DNA of 64,000 nt from a virus. The DNA lies in the IMG/VR virus record IMGVR_UViG_3300042898_002099, one strand, 5' to 3'. The position numbers and the translations under genes are program-made. Under the pieces are notes generated by a model, which saw only the letters and a program-made list of their open reading frames with translations, did not search any database and was not told the DNA's origin. Positions 22,101-31,932 of the stretch are shown one piece after another. Positions within the stretch are counted from its first letter, which is position 1; each line of letters begins with the position of its first letter.

Positions 22101-23833
22101 CAAAAATATACGCCTTCAACATCAGGCTCTCTGAATAATCCATAATATGGAGTATTTGCTGGACCATATCGCCCCCAAAGCTCATTTGATGTATAAATTA
22201 CGTTTGCAATATATTGCCCATCGGCAACTGAAACTCCATATTTCGTGGACCAATCTGCCCACGATGCTGGCACTTCTTTTACTGGGGAATATAAGTGATA
22301 GAATAATTTATATTGAGGTGCAACGTTGACTCCTCCAATATAACTATCATATTCAATGTTTTTATATGCAAGTGTACCAACTAATGTATTTGCACCTGTT
22401 GGATTTTTTACACTATGTAATTCCAAAAACAACGAGCTTGCAGTTAGTTCTGTAGGTGAAATAATCTTATACTGCAAATTAGCTAATTTAAAATAATTAC
22501 CCTGTGTAGTATTAATATTATAACCAGTCTTTGTTTCTGTCAAAGTAGACTTAGGAACAGAAACTTCTGTAGCACCTACCGTTCTTACTGGCAATCCCCC
22601 GACATATGCTTTACCCTCAGACAAAGAGAATTTTAAATCTGCATCAGTTTCTAGCCCAACAATTGGCGAAATCTTAAATTGATTTACTACATAGCTTCCA
22701 GATTCATCGTATGTTCTTTCTGCTAATTTTTTATCTAAATCGGCATCTGCAGTTAACTCTGCAAGGAATTCAATTTGCCCTTTATTGTAATTTAATAAAG
22801 GAATTACATCGCCGGCAACGGTACCTTCAACTTTACCATCGTCATTGACATCTAAACTTACGAGGTTTAGATCTACTTTTAATCTATCAGCACCCGTTGC
22901 AAAATAATTTGAACTACCAAACGCAGGATCTAAAAGTGTATTATCATCCTCACTTGTAATAATTTGTTGATCACTTAAATAACCAACCAATTTTGTTGGG
23001 TAAGCTGTGTTTTTATCCGGTACAATTCTTTGTAATGATGCTTTAACAAAAAACCCATATTTGTAAAAGATTGCATCATCCTGTGATACTATAGTTGTTG
23101 GATTTGTTGGTTTGGTAACATAAGCAACATTTTGCCCACCAATAACAACATCCGGTGCATCACTAATTTCTATTTCTAAAGTATTTACAATTTTAGTGAC
23201 ATACAGTTTCTTTGTTATAGAAGGATGTACTAATAAATCACCCACTTTAATAATTGTACTTGGGTTTGTTAGGACAACCGTTTTAGAAAATTGTTTAAGT
23301 GTAGATATTGCATTTTTTGTAATATCGGTTGTTGCAATTGCAGTGTAGCTAGGTGTTGCTTTGTTTAATGCATCTGTATAATCAGTATAAAAATACAGTT
23401 CATCGTTTTCTGTAAACATACCATCATTTTCTATATTGTATTTCTTTAAAGAAATAACAATACTAATAGGGTCACCTAATTCAGGATCATCTGCTTCATA
23501 TACAAACTCTACATAACCTAAAACTTCTGATGTTGCTGTAGTAACATACGTGTTCAATAAATTTGAAACAGTAATAGGTGTGCCGCGCGAATCTGTATTT
23601 TTTAAACGAATTGTTCTTGCATCAAGATTAACTGACGGGGCAGGGCCTGAAACTTTACTACCATCTTTGAATAGAAAATTACCTACAGACTTAATTTGAT
23701 TTTGTAATATTGTCTGCGATTGAGTTAGTTCTCTTGCTTGTACCGCTACACCGGGTTTGAATAACACTCGAACGAAGTTTTTATCTTCATCGAAGTCATC
23801 AAAATATGGTGAAACATTTGTTAGTACAGTCAT
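19199..23833 (-). CDS. DUF4815 virion protein with C-terminal hydrophobic region and peptidase S74 domain
   Basis: PYFDDFD..LFKPG..VQARELTQ, RTYDESG and RFTMRDIG motifs; terminal FSDERMKTNV..GYMAHEVE..VNYS. Confidence 0.88.
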   Translation of the reverse strand: MTVLTNVSPYFDDFDEDKNFVRVLFKPGVAVQARELTQSQTILQNQIKSVGNFLFKDGSKVSGPAPSVNLDARTIRLKNTDSRGTPITVSNLLNTYVTTATSEVLGYVEFVYEADDPELGDPISIVISLKKYNIENDGMFTENDELYFYTDYTDALNKATPSYTAIATTDITKNAISTLKQFSKTVVLTNPSTIIKVGDLLVHPSITKKLYVTKIVNTLEIEISDAPDVVIGGQNVAYVTKPTNPTTIVSQDDAIFYKYGFFVKASLQRIVPDKNTAYPTKLVGYLSDQQIITSEDDNTLLDPAFGSSNYFATGADRLKVDLNLVSLDVNDDGKVEGTVAGDVIPLLNYNKGQIEFLAELTADADLDKKLAERTYDESGSYVVNQFKISPIVGLETDADLKFSLSEGKAYVGGLPVRTVGATEVSVPKSTLTETKTGYNINTTQGNYFKLANLQYKIISPTELTASSLFLELHSVKNPTGANTLVGTLAYKNIEYDSYIGGVNVAPQYKLFYHLYSPVKEVPASWADWSTKYGVSVADGQYIANVIYTSNELWGRYGPANTPYYGLFREPDVEGVYFWYNTWINNNKDIEKVRAEVVAAVSSATADPTDKARSLTNVKAYLEVVNGSPFYDGLINVKQIRSVVGVSNGLTSHGTAATYSSPFFYADIASDGIATSGVTTIFDSNRPAERLLFPINKTYVKNVDTIRSEYIRVFNNAVFSSGVFSKTLSAPETFALGDGIIPASTARTNFIVLVKSGATGNTNLGAYNFERGTTTIAGDSATLTINMNDPSFTGIADVSLKIESDDLQPRTKTLVENHAKIVNVALADYAYSLGKSDITSFKNLYALSNVGKYLGSWISTTSYNYNDIVTLDSTAYIAIAPTSNISPVNANAWTSLISETNTNYILDNGQRDTFYDHGTVKFISAANPPGNVLVLFDYFTHTGEGPATVQSYPASYYSRIPTYRSVVDSNEFNLRDAIDFRPRRIDDSLYYNFAASIIPTSTVNTEADVTYYLGRKDRIYVTNTLQNYDSPYNKFYVQQGIESANPKEINDISDISKLSLAVLEIPPYARSSFDVKITYDDNKRFTMRDIGKIETLAINLDKAVKLQSIEIANLRSIVTNDNGDTLLKSGILVEDFTDTDKADLTSGYFGVAVDTDEQECFPGFAVYNVDLNVVADIDILEINDLITMKYVNEVFASQLEANSFINVNPGAINDGVGRAEISKKNSFNINIWLTGGLLLFGGLVASKVITAYSIAALADGIGIGGFANTAAFYGESILSVAWGAVRDIGLNFYNSISSIDGLSKFVNSGFTTLKDMTSFVSDWLTGSSSVIPSTTAGLATATELSLLNSQLLTSGAANFSTALTSLTDTLGGIFSNSFSTTLSGLQTGLTQLVSASATFVFAGIAQGASALAAATTGVPILGAATAAIASGATTFAAYISTAPVLIQVAAVVAVAYVAVKVVKVVWKGLKKLFSDERMKTNVKFVRKMPNGLNLYQYEYRKEFKDIAGHGVFEGYMAHEVEKRYPKAVQIENNGYKSVNYSLVGI

Positions 23834-23842
23834 ATCTTTTCC

Positions 23843-25141
23843 TTAAAATTCTATTACAAGATGTAAATTATCTGTTTGATCTATTGTTCTAGTTACAGGT
23901 TCTCTATTTTCCAAATAAAGTATTTCACCGGTGTCTTGCATTACTTCTGATAATAAAGATTGTGTAACTATTGCTGTTGCTCCGGAAGTCCTGCCTATCA
24001 CAGACTCTCCGATTGTAAATGGTTTATAATTTTCTGTTGTTCCAAATGATTGAATATATCTAATATATCCGTTTCCTGAAACCACATTTGATGTTACTGC
24101 ATAAGCATTTGCTTTACTAGTAATACCAACAAGGTATTCGTTGTTTATAAATGTGCCATTTACGTTACTTACATTTATACCAACCAATCCAGATAATGTT
24201 GCAGCATTTGCCAAAACATTGCCTGTCTGCATTGGATTTTTAACTATACCCACTTTTCTAAAAGAAAATCCTGTAGGGAAATCTCCGTATCCTTCATTGT
24301 ATTCGGCTTTTACATTTAACATAACATAATACGCACCTAATTCCGATACAGGATCATATCCATGCCCATTAACAGGACTCAATATTGCTTTAATGTTTGC
24401 TAACCTGCCTGTGCCTTGATTGTCTGAAATATATGCATTTGCAAATCTATATTTTGAACCAGCATTGGTATATACAAAATCATAGATAACGCCTAAATTT
24501 TGTTTGGCTGAAATATTTGCATTTATGCCGTCGCCCTCTATTGTAACTTTTGAGAATACTGAATAATCTAAACCGCCATTATAAATTTTAATATTTTCTA
24601 TAGCACCATCTTTTGCAACAGTTGCAACATCTGTATTTGTTCTTACGGGCATCCAATTGTCTGTTAAGAACTTTAATTTGTCTGATGTAGATACAGTATA
24701 TAAGTATTTCCACTTATAACTATCAGAAGTAGTAAATATATTTAAACTTTTTCCCGTTGGTTCTACTGTAGATGCAGATCCACCTACATTGTCGATACAC
24801 TTATATACATCAAAATCTCTATTGATTACATAGAAATTTTTTGTCAATAATTCTGTGTCCTCGTGGTCATATTCAGCATATATTGTTTGAGCCTCCCAAT
24901 TTATACGCTTAATAACATTAACCATATTAGTAGGCACTATGCGTTTTAAACTAACAATTTCATCCCATGTTTTAGAATAATTTTGTTGTGAATCTTTAGG
25001 GTCTGGCGGAAAATCGCCCTCACCCCAGGGGTCGGGTTTTGCTAAGAACATATATAATGTGTTTTCTCCGGAAACAGTATAACTGTCCAAGAAACTCTTA
25101 GCATTACTGATTTTAAATTTGTTAGTTACTATGTTAGGCAT
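23843..25141 (-). CDS. gp8: Baseplate wedge subunit
   Basis: VYKCIDN, YKWKYLY, GHG.DPVSELG, GEILYLENR and terminal VIEF. Confidence 0.93.
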   Translation of the reverse strand: MPNIVTNKFKISNAKSFLDSYTVSGENTLYMFLAKPDPWGEGDFPPDPKDSQQNYSKTWDEIVSLKRIVPTNMVNVIKRINWEAQTIYAEYDHEDTELLTKNFYVINRDFDVYKCIDNVGGSASTVEPTGKSLNIFTTSDSYKWKYLYTVSTSDKLKFLTDNWMPVRTNTDVATVAKDGAIENIKIYNGGLDYSVFSKVTIEGDGINANISAKQNLGVIYDFVYTNAGSKYRFANAYISDNQGTGRLANIKAILSPVNGHGYDPVSELGAYYVMLNVKAEYNEGYGDFPTGFSFRKVGIVKNPMQTGNVLANAATLSGLVGINVSNVNGTFINNEYLVGITSKANAYAVTSNVVSGNGYIRYIQSFGTTENYKPFTIGESVIGRTSGATAIVTQSLLSEVMQDTGEILYLENREPVTRTIDQTDNLHLVIEF

Positions 25142-25151
25142 CTATTATTTA

Positions 25152-28100
25152 TTATAAGTTAAATAGCGATGTTACGGAATCGGCTGTCAAACTATTGGAT
25201 GCATTGCTTGCACGCAATGCAGGATTATCTATAGTAATTGCCGAGAACGTATCTATTTCTGTATCGTTTGTTACTTTCACTTCTAACGACTTTGCATTAT
25301 ATGGCATTGTTTCATTATTTATTTCGCTAAAAACACTCAATCCTGCAGGATGTAGTACAGAGCGAATACTGCTACCCCATTCTTCTATAGACTTAGATGA
25401 ACGTATAACATACGAAAATGGTTGATAAAATGCAATCGAATCTTCTGTTGCATATTGGGTCTTGCCTTGCAGATACATATTTTCTGATAGCTGTCCCGAT
25501 GTATCTTTCCAATATGATTTTGCAATAGCCATACCACCTATGTTGGCACGCAATGTTGCAGTATCTAAAAAGCGAAGGACTATATTTCCAGTATGCGTAG
25601 CAGCCGAAGATAAATATGTGTTTCCAGAATCTATAATTTCAATTAAAGGTGATGATGTATTCCTATTTGGTATTTCTATATAGAAAAATTCAGCTTGCTC
25701 AAACAAATAATCGTCTCTAATTTCAAGAGTTATATTTGCAATGTTTGAACTAATTGCAGGAAAATACCCGTCTAAAGAACTTATTCTATCAAAATCACCT
25801 AAAGTAATATCACCCTTTTGACCTATAATTCTCCAAGGAATTATAGTACCGTCAGGTATATTTGAAGTGACTAATGATAAAGTAACATTGCTACCTTCAA
25901 CTACCCTGGTCCTATTTGCGTTAATAACAAAATCGGGTCTGGTTGTAACTGAAGTATCTAATACTGTTATTGTACTTGATACTTGTAAAGAATATGGAAA
26001 AGTAGGATCTAATAATAAAACTATTGTTTCAAGCCCTTCAGATTTTTTATCATCTAAAACAGTTAACGTAAGATTTGCTTGTGTTTGGTTTGCTGTTCCT
26101 GTAGGTAAAAATGTAAGAACTCCGGTAAGAACACCTTCTGCAATATCATCTGCTTGTATACCAAATATTCTATATGGCACAACTGTACCAGGAGTTAGAT
26201 CTACTGCCTTTATAAAGAAGTTAGCATAACTACCTTCATATATTGCAGAAGAAACAGATGTTATACTAAATTTAACTACTATATTTGACGTTGTAGTTGA
26301 AGTATCTTTTACGATGACGCCTATGTTTTGATTTGCGCCCGTACCTGTTAAAGTTAAATAAAATGTTTCATCAAATTCTGTTTTTAAATCTTTTTTAAGA
26401 TCCAGTGTTATTCTGCCTTGATTGCTACGAACATTAAAATTTCCAGACAACGAAGTTAATCCGGTAAAATCATCTGTACCAATACCAGTTCCCGTAATTG
26501 TAAATGGCACCAATGTGTTATTAGGTATACCGCTGGTATCCAATATAATCGTTACATTGGAGCCTTCGTTTACCGTAGATGAAGTTGTTGATAGGGTATA
26601 CGTTGGCACCACAATAGGATCTACAGATTTAAGTTTCACAGAAATATCATCATTGCCAGTATTAATATACAACGTGTCTATTAATGTAAGATAACGATTG
26701 GGCGACCCCTGCAAACTAAAAAGGTCATTAGCACCTCCAGCAGTGTCTGGAATTTGATTTAATTTAGCATTTGCTATTATAAGATTTCGAGCAGCACTAT
26801 GAGATAATGTCGGCGATGCTTCTAACGCACATGCCAACATGCCGGTGACCTGCGGCGCAGCCATACTCGTCCCACTAAGTTTTGCTATATAATAAGCGCT
26901 GTTTCTTGGATCAGGTACAGGAGTAGTACCTGTCGTGGCGCCGGTAGTTGTAAGCCACGCACTGGCAATAAGTGCTCCGGGTGCATACAAATCAACTCTT
27001 GGACCACAAGAGCTCGTGTCTTGTTTTCTGTCTGCACCTGGACTTGAAATTGAAGATGATATATTACCTACACATATGACAGTCGATGTGGAACCCGGTG
27101 AAGAACCTTGGTTAAAATATATAGGATTACCCGAATTAATTCCCGATGCTGTCACAGTATTGTTATAATCAATATCGGTGGGATCGGTTGTTATTTTAAC
27201 ACTATCATTACCAGCGCAGGCTACCATAATAATGCCAGCATCAATACAAGCTTGTATATCAGCATCCATCGCAGCATTTCTTAGTCCAATAAGAACATTA
27301 TTGCTGGAGTTAACAATAATGCCATACGTTGCCAGCTGATTAATAGTAAATGGGCCAGACACAGTTGAGCCACGATATGTCAGAGAAGTGATATTACCAT
27401 ATGGGATTGTGTAGCGAGAATACCAACTACTGTTTACGATTGTTGGCGTCATGTTGCCAACTGAACGTTTTTGGTTGTGCCACTCTAATATGTATTTGTA
27501 CAAATAGGTATATTGTACGCCACCTGTTACATATTGAGGACTTATGTTATAGATGTTAGCATTAGGCGCCCAACCTTGCGTATTTCCCGCAGCAATACCT
27601 GCCACGTGTGCTGCATGTCTGCTATCATCAGAAGAAGAAGTACGATTAGTTGTTATTGGAGGATTATATACACTGCCATATGCGGCATCACCGGGTATGT
27701 TTAGATTATACCAATTAAAATACTTTACTCTACTGCCGCCAGTGCCATCTGAATTCACAGCAAATTCAGGATGAGATGGATCTAAGACCCCATCTACGAT
27801 AACTATATCAACGTTTTTACCACTGGCTTTAAGCGCAACTGTACCAGACAAGTTTGAAGTTGCAGTGGCTGGCGAAGATCCCCAATTGTTATTAGGATTA
27901 GACCCATACCAAGACCTATATAATCCCCAATTGCGGTCTAAATTAGTCACAGTAAATGACTTGCTCCAACTGCCAGATGTTCTAGACCAAGAAATCAAAT
28001 TAGTTGAGTCAATCAAAAGCCCACCTGCAACGCCAGATAGTCTCAATACAAATGTTTCATCTGATTCTGTTTTTAAATCGTTCTTAATATTTAAAGTTAT

Positions 28101-28298
28101 TCTACCTTGATTATTGAGAATAATAAAGTTACCAGACAACGAAGCTAAACCTACAAAATCGTCTGTATCAATACCTGTACCAGTAATTGTATATGGCACA
28201 AGTGTATTATTCGGTATACCTACAGTATCCAATGTAATTGTTACAGCGGAACCTTCGTTTACTGTAGATGATGTTGCTGATAGAGTATACGTTGCCAT
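25152..28298 (-). CDS. Calx-beta-like repeats, S8 subtilisin domain and gp7 C-terminal baseplate domain
   Basis: Triad VIVDG / RHAAHVAGIAAG / SGTSMAAPQV; oxyanion AGND; C-terminal YQPFSYVIRS...LHPAG. Confidence 0.88.
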   Translation of the reverse strand: MATYTLSATSSTVNEGSAVTITLDTVGIPNNTLVPYTITGTGIDTDDFVGLASLSGNFIILNNQGRITLNIKNDLKTESDETFVLRLSGVAGGLLIDSTNLISWSRTSGSWSKSFTVTNLDRNWGLYRSWYGSNPNNNWGSSPATATSNLSGTVALKASGKNVDIVIVDGVLDPSHPEFAVNSDGTGGSRVKYFNWYNLNIPGDAAYGSVYNPPITTNRTSSSDDSRHAAHVAGIAAGNTQGWAPNANIYNISPQYVTGGVQYTYLYKYILEWHNQKRSVGNMTPTIVNSSWYSRYTIPYGNITSLTYRGSTVSGPFTINQLATYGIIVNSSNNVLIGLRNAAMDADIQACIDAGIIMVACAGNDSVKITTDPTDIDYNNTVTASGINSGNPIYFNQGSSPGSTSTVICVGNISSSISSPGADRKQDTSSCGPRVDLYAPGALIASAWLTTTGATTGTTPVPDPRNSAYYIAKLSGTSMAAPQVTGMLACALEASPTLSHSAARNLIIANAKLNQIPDTAGGANDLFSLQGSPNRYLTLIDTLYINTGNDDISVKLKSVDPIVVPTYTLSTTSSTVNEGSNVTIILDTSGIPNNTLVPFTITGTGIGTDDFTGLTSLSGNFNVRSNQGRITLDLKKDLKTEFDETFYLTLTGTGANQNIGVIVKDTSTTTSNIVVKFSITSVSSAIYEGSYANFFIKAVDLTPGTVVPYRIFGIQADDIAEGVLTGVLTFLPTGTANQTQANLTLTVLDDKKSEGLETIVLLLDPTFPYSLQVSSTITVLDTSVTTRPDFVINANRTRVVEGSNVTLSLVTSNIPDGTIIPWRIIGQKGDITLGDFDRISSLDGYFPAISSNIANITLEIRDDYLFEQAEFFYIEIPNRNTSSPLIEIIDSGNTYLSSAATHTGNIVLRFLDTATLRANIGGMAIAKSYWKDTSGQLSENMYLQGKTQYATEDSIAFYQPFSYVIRSSKSIEEWGSSIRSVLHPAGLSVFSEINNETMPYNAKSLEVKVTNDTEIDTFSAITIDNPALRASNASNSLTADSVTSLFNL

Positions 28299-29675
28299 TT
28301 AAAATCCAGGATATTTGTATCTAATTGATCTTACATTTGGAATAGATGTAATTGTAGCATTATGTGAGGTATTGTCAATTGGACTAAACACATTTCCAGT
28401 ATAATATGCGTTTATATTTTTACCTCTGACTAAACCGTGTTGTATTGGAAATGTTAAGGTAACTTGTCCATTTTTAACAATATAAGTTCCTGTTAAAGAT
28501 TCAGTTGGTAATCCGGGATCAATTATTGTCTTTGCGCTATAATTTAATCCGGGTTCAATAATTTCTATATTTGTGATTGCGCCAAATCTATTCACACTAT
28601 TAATTTTTGCTCTTCCAAGAATACCCGCCTCGTCAGTAATATTTATTGCATTATTCTTTTTATATCCTAACCCACCGTCGACGATATCTATTCTGCTAAC
28701 AACTGAATATAGTCTTGCTGTTAATTTGGTTGTTGTAAAATTTTCACCTGTGAGTAATATAGTTTTTGTTGCAGATATTTGTTCGTCTGCTAAAAATTCT
28801 CCAGTAATACTAGTTGTATCTAACATTAATTCATATACATCAAATCCGTTCAAATCAATTTTAATTACTTTATTAACAATTGCTTTTGCTTTTGACGTTA
28901 TACCAACTATTTCAGTATTTTCAAAATCAAAAATGTTTTGTCTACCGGTAATTTGCTTAACTCTTAGAGCTCTAGGAGTAACCAATTTTCCATCAGATGA
29001 TTTTAAAACAATATCATACGGATAGAAGAAATCAATAGATTCTCTGTAAAGAACATTGAACAATAATCTATATGCGGGCTCAGTGCCTTTTTTACTATAG
29101 ATTTCTCTTATTTTCTTTATCAGCAACCTATTATTTGCGCTGCTAGAAACAGTTAAATCGCTTGCATAATTTTGAATAAATCTAGTAACTAAATTTTCTG
29201 TTGTCTCATCGATGTCTGCATATTTAGAAATATCCTGTAATATCTCTTGTGCTTGATTATTTTGTTCTAAAAATTCATAGTATGCTTTTATGAATGTGAC
29301 AAACATACCATAATCAGATTGTATGAAATCTGGTAACTGATCCTCAACTAAAATTGATAATCTATTTTGTATTCTTTTAAAAGGATTCTCTGCACCATTA
29401 CCGTTATGCAAGGTATAAATTAAAGGATCTCTTAATTGTGCTAAATTCTTAAAACTATCTGGTATATAAAATTCACCCGTTCTACCATAAAATGTTAGTG
29501 TCTGATAAATGCCTTTGCCGGCTCTATCTATATCTGCTTGTATTGCTTCTTTACGTGTAGTGTATAACGGATAAAACCATCCTTCTAGATAACCAGCAAA
29601 AGATTCGGGTCTAGATGTTCCGTATAATTTTAAAGGACCCAATAAAGTATCGGGCGCAAAAATATTTTCTGCCAT
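28299..29675 (-). CDS. gp7: Baseplate wedge initiator, gp7 N-terminal part
   Basis: QLPDFI..F..FIKAYYEFLE and YSKKGTE..Y.LLF..LY motifs; follows gp6. Confidence 0.8.
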   Translation of the reverse strand: MAENIFAPDTLLGPLKLYGTSRPESFAGYLEGWFYPLYTTRKEAIQADIDRAGKGIYQTLTFYGRTGEFYIPDSFKNLAQLRDPLIYTLHNGNGAENPFKRIQNRLSILVEDQLPDFIQSDYGMFVTFIKAYYEFLEQNNQAQEILQDISKYADIDETTENLVTRFIQNYASDLTVSSSANNRLLIKKIREIYSKKGTEPAYRLLFNVLYRESIDFFYPYDIVLKSSDGKLVTPRALRVKQITGRQNIFDFENTEIVGITSKAKAIVNKVIKIDLNGFDVYELMLDTTSITGEFLADEQISATKTILLTGENFTTTKLTARLYSVVSRIDIVDGGLGYKKNNAINITDEAGILGRAKINSVNRFGAITNIEIIEPGLNYSAKTIIDPGLPTESLTGTYIVKNGQVTLTFPIQHGLVRGKNINAYYTGNVFSPIDNTSHNATITSIPNVRSIRYKYPGF

Positions 29676-29676
29676 T

Positions 29677-31521
29677 TTATTGTGCGGTTACTGTTACTGT
29701 TAACCCAGCTAAACGCTTGGATGTTGTATCTAATGTGCCATCATCTATAATAAGTATTAAATCTTTTGTTGCGTTAATATCTAATTCTTCAATTTTAGCA
29801 TAAAATCGAATGTCACTTGTGTTTTCAATATATCCTGCAGGATTTAAACTTGCTATAGATATTGTTCCATTGACATAATCAACGGTTCCTAGTGATGATA
29901 CTAATAAACTATCTGTATAAAGATCATATAAATTTAAACTACTAGTACCGTTTGTTGTTAAAATATCTTTAATGTATACTGCTTTTATATCATCATTTAT
30001 TTTATAAAAAAATCCTGTAGACTGTATGCTTCCTGATAATAATTTATTTGCAAATTTTATAGTTGTTGCGCCGGTATAACTATTTGATATATTAACTACA
30101 GGCGTTATTCTTTTATGAATTCTAAAATTTGTTACGTTACCAACAATGGATGAGTTAATTGAATCTATTGTCTTAGATAATTTAGAATATACAAAATCCT
30201 TATCAAATTGTTGTAGTTCTGTAGAAAAATATTCTTCAATTTTTGCTTTAGCTAAGATTTGTATTTCGGGTGTGGTATATCTTGAATTTGCTGGATCAAA
30301 TTTTACTTTTGTTTCCAAAGTAATATGTAAGTAATTTGGATCAACAAATTCAGGTATAATAGACATTATTTTTTTATCTTGTAAAATGTCTTGCAATATT
30401 TTATTTTTAAGTTCTGTATTAATAGTGTAGCCAAAATATGGCTTCAATGAAATAATAACCTTACCATATTTTGGTGGAATGTTTTCTTCTCCTCCCCAAA
30501 CAGATACAGATTCCACTAACGGATAATTGGATTCAATAATTGCTTTATAATCTTTTGCTGTCACTGCTCTATTAAATGAAGATAAGAAACGAGGAGCTTT
30601 AAATTTAATGTCTTCTAATGTGTCTGGTTCAGCACCACCCGTTGAGTTTGTTGCCGCTATTATAGTAGACCCTAAATTAACACCGCCTACAAGTGCGCCC
30701 AACGAAAATCTTTGTTCTATCTCCCCAGACACATTGCAAACGGAACCATTACTAATTAAGTATTCAATTTTTACTAAATTACCAGATACTAATTTTTTGC
30801 CCAAAATATTGTCACCAAAAAATATTTCATAAAATCCAGAAGGATTTTCTTCTAAGAAAAACACTTTTGATTCGGCTGTCAATGCTTCTAAATTGTCTGT
30901 TAGACTATAACTTTGTGTTGTTAGATCAGTGTACGAATTTTGAACCGTTACCCTAATTGTGGTTGTATCTATATTTTTATTTGGTATTGTATATTTTTCT
31001 TCAGGTCCAGAAACATCAACTCTATAAACATAACTTAATGATTCACCCTCTACTATGTCAATATCTGTGAATGTATAGACACCATTTGTTGGTTTAATTG
31101 TTACTGAATCTAAGTTTGAAAACGTATACTGAGTATTATTAATTGTTGTGGTAAAGGGTGAAAACTTAGGTAGTGTTAAAGTGGGCGGCGTATCTACCGG
31201 ATCATTAATTGTGAATGAAACTTTTGCTATAGCGCTTCTATAAGACAATGGTCGATATCCCAAATGTTTTGCAATTGATACCGCAGATTCTCTTTTAACG
31301 ACAGAATCTAAAAACATTTCATTCGCAACCATATTTGCTAAGTAAGCATTATAGTGTGTATTGTATGATAACAAATCTATTAGTATAGATAAACTAGATG
31401 CTTCAAAATCATAATCTTTAAAAATAAGATTATTATCTTTATCTCTATAGTTTGTTAAAAATTGTTTGAGATTGACTTTAATATCATCAAAGTCTAATTC
31501 TGCTAATCTGTAATTTGCCAT
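29677..31521 (-). CDS. gp6: Baseplate wedge subunit
   Basis: ELDFDDIK, LSYNTHYNA, RAVTAKDY and WGGEE motifs. Confidence 0.96.
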   Translation of the reverse strand: MANYRLAELDFDDIKVNLKQFLTNYRDKDNNLIFKDYDFEASSLSILIDLLSYNTHYNAYLANMVANEMFLDSVVKRESAVSIAKHLGYRPLSYRSAIAKVSFTINDPVDTPPTLTLPKFSPFTTTINNTQYTFSNLDSVTIKPTNGVYTFTDIDIVEGESLSYVYRVDVSGPEEKYTIPNKNIDTTTIRVTVQNSYTDLTTQSYSLTDNLEALTAESKVFFLEENPSGFYEIFFGDNILGKKLVSGNLVKIEYLISNGSVCNVSGEIEQRFSLGALVGGVNLGSTIIAATNSTGGAEPDTLEDIKFKAPRFLSSFNRAVTAKDYKAIIESNYPLVESVSVWGGEENIPPKYGKVIISLKPYFGYTINTELKNKILQDILQDKKIMSIIPEFVDPNYLHITLETKVKFDPANSRYTTPEIQILAKAKIEEYFSTELQQFDKDFVYSKLSKTIDSINSSIVGNVTNFRIHKRITPVVNISNSYTGATTIKFANKLLSGSIQSTGFFYKINDDIKAVYIKDILTTNGTSSLNLYDLYTDSLLVSSLGTVDYVNGTISIASLNPAGYIENTSDIRFYAKIEELDINATKDLILIIDDGTLDTTSKRLAGLTVTVTAQ

Positions 31522-31920
31522 TTATCGTACTCTACTTAGTAAAGTTGTAATTGTTATTGGATTGTCTGTATTCTTTAAAGCAAATACTATATTCACAAGT
31601 AAATCGTTATCCTCAACTGTTTCCGAAACATTTACCTCTATTAATCTAACTCTTGTTTCAAATTTTGTTATTGATTGCTGTATAGTTCTTTCCATTGCAA
31701 GTTTTACTGCTGGCGAAAAGTTTTCAAAAAGCAATGAATGTACTTGTGTACCTATTTCGGGATGAAAAGGTCTTTCAAAATTTCGTGTTTGTATTAGATG
31801 TTTTAAAGCTGTTTTAACTGCTTCCTCATCTGTTTTTAAATACAGGTCTTTCGTAAAAGGGTTAACCTTAAAAGAAAGATCTAAATCTACAAACTTTTTT
31901 ATCGATTTTTGTGTTGCCAT
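31522..31920 (-). CDS. gp25: Baseplate wedge / sheath initiator
   Basis: DLDLSF, ERPFHPEIG and FETRV motifs. Confidence 0.95.
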   Translation of the reverse strand: MATQKSIKKFVDLDLSFKVNPFTKDLYLKTDEEAVKTALKHLIQTRNFERPFHPEIGTQVHSLLFENFSPAVKLAMERTIQQSITKFETRVRLIEVNVSETVEDNDLLVNIVFALKNTDNPITITTLLSRVR

Positions 31921-31932
31921 AATTGATATTTA

